A stretch of 64,000 bases of DNA from NCBI GenBank assembly GCA_903944345.1, contig CAJARJ010000016.1:89852-153851 (forward strand), written 5' to 3'. The notes beneath the pieces are model-generated. The model saw nothing but the letters and a program-made list of their open reading frames with translations, was not told the origin of the DNA and searched no databases. The number at the start of each line of letters is the position of its first letter. Position 1 is the first letter of the stretch. The position numbers were made by a program, and so were the translations under genes. Shown here piece after piece: positions 60,342 through 64,000 of the stretch. The DNA comes from Candidatus Omnitrophota bacterium. GTDB taxonomy: Bacteria > Omnitrophota > Gorgyraeia > Zapsychrales > Fredricksoniimonadaceae.

Positions 60342-60637
60342 GTTCTCCAGGCGTCAAGGAGTTATCCGAACTGTGTCATTCGATCGCGAAATCCAAGGGG
60401 TTCTGGGACAAGGAGCGCAATGTCGGAGAAGCCCTGATGCTGGTTGTGACCGAATTGGCCGAGGCCATGGAAGCGCACCGCAAGCAGGACGGCGCGAATT
60501 TTAATGAAGAGATTGCCGATACATTTATCCGTCTTTTTGATCTTTGCGGCGGCATGGGCATTGATATCGAAGCTGAAATATTAAAAAAATGCGAAAAAAA
60601 CAAGCAGCGCCCGTATAAGCACGGGAAGATTTGCTGA
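60338..60637 (+). CDS. MazG-like nucleotide pyrophosphohydrolase (small all-alpha NTP-PPase)
   Basis: 99 aa; E-x2-E-x12-28-E-x2-D-like acidic pattern (TELAEAMEA...EEIADTFIRLFDL). Confidence 0.7.
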   Translation: MSSPGVKELSELCHSIAKSKGFWDKERNVGEALMLVVTELAEAMEAHRKQDGANFNEEIADTFIRLFDLCGGMGIDIEAEILKKCEKNKQRPYKHGKIC

Positions 60638-60685
60638 AACCTTTTTATCTTCCTTTCCGGGTGCGAGTCTGCTCCCTTGCGCGCC

Positions 60686-62656
60686 ATGGATCATTTTGAC
60701 CTTCAGTCATCCTTCCGGCTTATCGCCGACCAGGAAAAAGCCTGTGAATTGTTGTCCGCGGGTATTCTGCGGGGTAATAAAGCCCAGGTTCTGCTTGGTG
60801 TGACCGGCAGCGGGAAAACTTTTACCCTTGCCAATGTGATCGCGCGGATCAACCGTCCGACGCTGGTTATCTCGCATAACAAAACCCTGGCCGCCCAGCT
60901 TTATGGCGAGTTTCGGGAGTTTTTTCCTTTGAATGCGGTGGAATATTTCGTGAGCTATTACGATTATTATCAGCCCGAAGCCTACATTCCGCAGACGGAC
61001 GTTTATATTGAAAAAGATTCTTCCGTCAACGACCGGCTGGATCGCCTGCGTCTTTCGGCCACAACCTCCCTTATGTCCCGGAGGGATACGATTATTGTGG
61101 CCAGTGTTTCGTGTATTTATAATTTGGGAGCGCCGCAGGATTATCAAAACAGCCTGGTTTCGTTCCGTAAGGGTGAGACCATTGGCAGAGATGTTATTTT
61201 GCGTCGTCTTCTGGACATTCATTACGAGCGTAATGATTATGATTTTTCCCGCGGCAAACTTCGGGTGCGTGGAGATGCTGTCGAAATTTTTCCTGCCTAT
61301 CGCCAGGACGCTTTGCGGGTTGAGTTTTTTGGGGACGAAATCGAAAAAATCCGGTTGATTGACCCCTTGACCGGAGCGGGCCTGCAGGAACTGGAGCAGG
61401 CTGCGGTTTATCCGGCCAAACATTTTATTGTTTCGGATGACCGTATGGGAGGCGCCCTGGAGCGGATTGCACAGGAGCTGGAGCAAAGATTGCACGAGCT
61501 GGAGGGGCAGGGCAAGTTGCTGGAGGCCCAGCGCCTGCGTTCACGGACCCGTTTTGATCTGGAGATGCTGCGTGAAGCCGGTTATTGCCATGGCATTGAG
61601 AATTATTCCCGGGTTTTGTCCGGGCGGCCTCCTGGCGCCAGGCCGTATTGCCTGATGGATTATTTTCCGGAAGATTTGCTGGTTATCATCGACGAGTCGC
61701 ATGTTACGCTGCCCCAGATTCGCGGCATGTACGAAGGAGACCGCGCGCGCAAGGAAATGCTGGTGAATTACGGCTTTCGCCTGCCTTCATGCCTGGATAA
61801 CCGTCCTCTGCGTTTTCCCGAATTTCAGTCGATGATCAGGCAGGTGATTTATGTCTCGGCAACGCCCGCCGCCTTTGAGCTCGAGGAAGCCCGGGGGCAG
61901 GTGGTCGAACAGGTTATTCGTCCGACGGGGATCCCGGATCCGGAGATTATCCTCAGGCCGAGTGCCGGCCAGGTGGAAGATTTGCTCGGCGAGATACGCC
62001 GGCGTGCAGACAAGTCCGAGCGCGTGCTGATTACCACTTTGACCAAGCGGATGTCAGAAGATCTTTCGGAGTATCTGCAGGAACACGGAGTCAGGGTTAA
62101 ATACCTGCATTCCGATGTAGAAACCATCGAACGCACGAAGGTTCTCCAGGACTTGCGCGGCAACAAATTTGATTGTCTGGTCGGAGTGAATCTGTTGAGG
62201 GAAGGACTGGATTTGCCGGAAGTGTCCCTGGTGGCCATTCTTGATGCGGACAAGCAGGGATTTCTGCGCTCACAGACTTCGCTTATCCAGACTTCCGGGC
62301 GGGCGGCGCGTAACGTGAACGGACAGGTGATCATGTATGCCGATTCGGTCAGCGAGGCTATGCGCAAAACGATTGATGAGTGCGAGCGTCGTCGCCGGAT
62401 ACAGCTGGCCTTCAACCGGGAACATAATATAACTCCCCGGACGGTCGAGAAAGCCATCAAGACCGGGATTGAAGCCTGGGCCCAGGCCGAAGACCTTGTA
62501 CGGGAGGTGTCCGGACAGGACAAGGAAGAATTTGATCTTGCCCGGAAAGTTTCCGAACTTGAGCGGCAGATGGAAATAGCGGCACGCAACCTGGAGTTTG
62601 AGAAGGCGGCGAGGCTTCGGGACCGTTTGCAGGAGATGAAGAAATATGCGCAATAG
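60686..62656 (+). CDS. uvrB: Excinuclease ABC subunit B
   Basis: GVTGSGKTF Walker A, helicase motifs, C-terminal UVR coiled coil; ATG 60686 (ORF track used TTG 60677). Confidence 0.96.
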   Translation: MDHFDLQSSFRLIADQEKACELLSAGILRGNKAQVLLGVTGSGKTFTLANVIARINRPTLVISHNKTLAAQLYGEFREFFPLNAVEYFVSYYDYYQPEAYIPQTDVYIEKDSSVNDRLDRLRLSATTSLMSRRDTIIVASVSCIYNLGAPQDYQNSLVSFRKGETIGRDVILRRLLDIHYERNDYDFSRGKLRVRGDAVEIFPAYRQDALRVEFFGDEIEKIRLIDPLTGAGLQELEQAAVYPAKHFIVSDDRMGGALERIAQELEQRLHELEGQGKLLEAQRLRSRTRFDLEMLREAGYCHGIENYSRVLSGRPPGARPYCLMDYFPEDLLVIIDESHVTLPQIRGMYEGDRARKEMLVNYGFRLPSCLDNRPLRFPEFQSMIRQVIYVSATPAAFELEEARGQVVEQVIRPTGIPDPEIILRPSAGQVEDLLGEIRRRADKSERVLITTLTKRMSEDLSEYLQEHGVRVKYLHSDVETIERTKVLQDLRGNKFDCLVGVNLLREGLDLPEVSLVAILDADKQGFLRSQTSLIQTSGRAARNVNGQVIMYADSVSEAMRKTIDECERRRRIQLAFNREHNITPRTVEKAIKTGIEAWAQAEDLVREVSGQDKEEFDLARKVSELERQMEIAARNLEFEKAARLRDRLQEMKKYAQ

Positions 62657-63308
62657 GGTGCTTGTTTTTGCCCTTCTTTTGTCTGGAGGCTGTTCTTTTC
62701 TGGAGGCCACCGGGGAAGCGGTTGGCGTTGTGGGCAAGGTCGGATGGACGGCGGCCAAGACGGCCGGCAGTGCGGTTTATACGGGAACGTCCATGGCCGG
62801 GCAGACGGCCAACCAGGCGAATAAAACAATATCCCGTCCGGAAGGCTCTTCCGACAAGAGGGAAACCAGGGCGTCGGGGGTGAGGCGTTCGGTGGTGCCC
62901 CTTATACGGGAACAGAAAAGTTTTTTTGTACGCGTCAAGCTTAATGACAAGTTGTGGGGCAAATTTTTGCTCGATACGGGAGCCAGTGCTTTGCAAATTT
63001 CCGGCAAGATGGCCCGGCGTCTCAAGGTTGATCTTTCGCAGGCCCAGGTTGTTCCGGTCACTTTGGCCGGAGGGGCGATGGTCAAGGGAAAAATAGTGAC
63101 GCTCAAGAGTGTTCAGATCGGCGGGGTTGAGCTTACCAATGTCCAGGCGATTGTTCTGGAGAGGGATAATATGGATTTGCGCGACGGCTTGCTGGGCATG
63201 TCCGTTCTGGAACATTTTGTTTTTCAGATCGACACCCAAAGCGGTGAGCTTATTCTTGAAGAGCGCAAGCCGGAGAGTAATGACCGGAAAAACGGAGACC
63301 GGCAATGA
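62646..63308 (+). CDS. Retropepsin-like (clan AA) aspartic peptidase lipoprotein
   Basis: Lipobox LLSGGC; catalytic DTGAS motif ([14 protein letters not shown]); 220 aa. Confidence 0.75.
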   Translation: MRNRVLVFALLLSGGCSFLEATGEAVGVVGKVGWTAAKTAGSAVYTGTSMAGQTANQANKTISRPEGSSDKRETRASGVRRSVVPLIREQKSFFVRVKLNDKLWGKFLLDTGASALQISGKMARRLKVDLSQAQVVPVTLAGGAMVKGKIVTLKSVQIGGVELTNVQAIVLERDNMDLRDGLLGMSVLEHFVFQIDTQSGELILEERKPESNDRKNGDRQ

Positions 63309-64000
63309 TCAAGGCAGTTGGGCTTGTTTCCGGCGGGCTGGACAGCGCTGTGGCCTGTGCTCTTATGCAGGATCAGGGGATTGAAGTGCATGCCGTGCAT
63401 TTGTCCATGCCCTGGGGTTGCGGTTCGATTGCCCGGACAGAGGCCTTGGCCGCCGCGTTACGGATACCTTTAAAAGTCATTCCGCTGGGAGATGATTACC
63501 TTCCGCTTCTGGTTAAACCACGTTACGGGTTTGGTGCGGCGCTTAATCCGTGTGTGGAGTGTCATGCCTACATGATCAGGAAAGCGGCGGAGTACATGAA
63601 AGAAATTGGTGCCGAACTGGTTTTCACCGGTGAAGTGCTGGGTCAAAGGCCGTTGTCCCAGCGTCGTCGCTGTATGGAGTGGATTGAGCAGGCCTCCGGG
63701 GTTCCCGGACGGTTATTGCGGCCTCTTTCAGCGCAGTTTTTCCCGCCGACTCTGCCGGAACAGGCAGGGCTGGTTGACCGGACAAGGCTTTTGCGTCTTT
63801 CCGGGCGCGGGCGCAAGGAGCAGAAAAAGATCGCCGGGAAACTCGGGGTTGATGTTTTTTCCCAGCCGGGCGGAGGTTGTCTGCTGACCGAAAAGATTTT
63901 TGGCTCCAGAGTGAAAGATGTGCTGGCGCGAGGCTGCGCTTCGATCCGGGAGCTGGCTGTTCTGGGCAGCGGCAGGTATTTTCGTCTGGATGAAAGCACA
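63305..64000 (+). CDS. PP-loop (adenine nucleotide alpha-hydrolase) ATPase, ThiI-like; 3' end outside window
   Basis: SGGLDSAVA PP-loop at the N-terminus; CVECH...TGEVLGQRPLSQ resembles the ThiI AANH domain; no THUMP domain. Confidence 0.65.
   Translation, partial: MIKAVGLVSGGLDSAVACALMQDQGIEVHAVHLSMPWGCGSIARTEALAAALRIPLKVIPLGDDYLPLLVKPRYGFGAALNPCVECHAYMIRKAAEYMKEIGAELVFTGEVLGQRPLSQRRRCMEWIEQASGVPGRLLRPLSAQFFPPTLPEQAGLVDRTRLLRLSGRGRKEQKKIAGKLGVDVFSQPGGGCLLTEKIFGSRVKDVLARGCASIRELAVLGSGRYFRLDEST

Noticed and set aside
60707-63305. Minus-strand ORFs of 262, 326, 162 and 282 aa, antisense to uvrB and the retropepsin gene
   Set aside because: uvrB on the + strand is unambiguous. The antisense products are Arg/Pro/Ser-rich, consistent with GC-skewed antisense frames.

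Overview
This 64-kb window is almost entirely housekeeping sequence from a bacterium with a diderm-type (outer-membrane) gene set. Coding density is about 97 % and 93 of the 95 genes are on the + strand. Positions 1482-31541 form one uninterrupted cluster of about 30 kb, with no intergenic gap over 86 nt. Its gene order is tRNA-Thr, rpmG, tRNA-Trp, secE, nusG, rplKAJL, rpoBC, rpsLG, fusA, tuf, then the S10, spc and alpha operons through rplQ. The rest of the window carries metabolic and envelope genes: aspC-like, pilT, icd, lipB, a glycolipid GT/acyltransferase cluster, tonB-like, aroQ, pepP, efp, accBC, asp23/amaP, pfkA, gmhA/rfaE, thiE, tRNA-Gly, nlpD-like, a nucleotide-hydrolase group, a GAF/HD-GYP protein, SPOR/SH3/M50 genes, aroB, an exeA/gspB pair, two PilZ genes, rluA, a mazG-like gene, uvrB, and a retropepsin-like lipoprotein. 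I see no CRISPR array, transposase, integrase, phage genes or long non-coding tracts. I cannot point to a clearly novel multi-gene system. The most unusual items are listed here. (1) A DUF1844 protein with a metallothionein-like Cys-rich N-terminus and its own extended -10 promoter. (2) A free-standing lipoyl-domain protein immediately after lipB. (3) A GAF/HD-GYP protein whose metal ligands are degenerate (HD to HN and others). (4) A 44-nt out-of-frame overlap of rpsL with the rpoC 3' end, fusing the str operon to rpoBC. (5) An AAA+ (PF01637-like) ATPase translationally linked to phosphoesterase, HIT and dGTPase genes. (6) Small genes the ORF track missed (rpmJ, a Trm112-like gene, and a 54-aa membrane ORF). 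All coordinates and motif calls come from reading the sequence by eye; no database searches were run.
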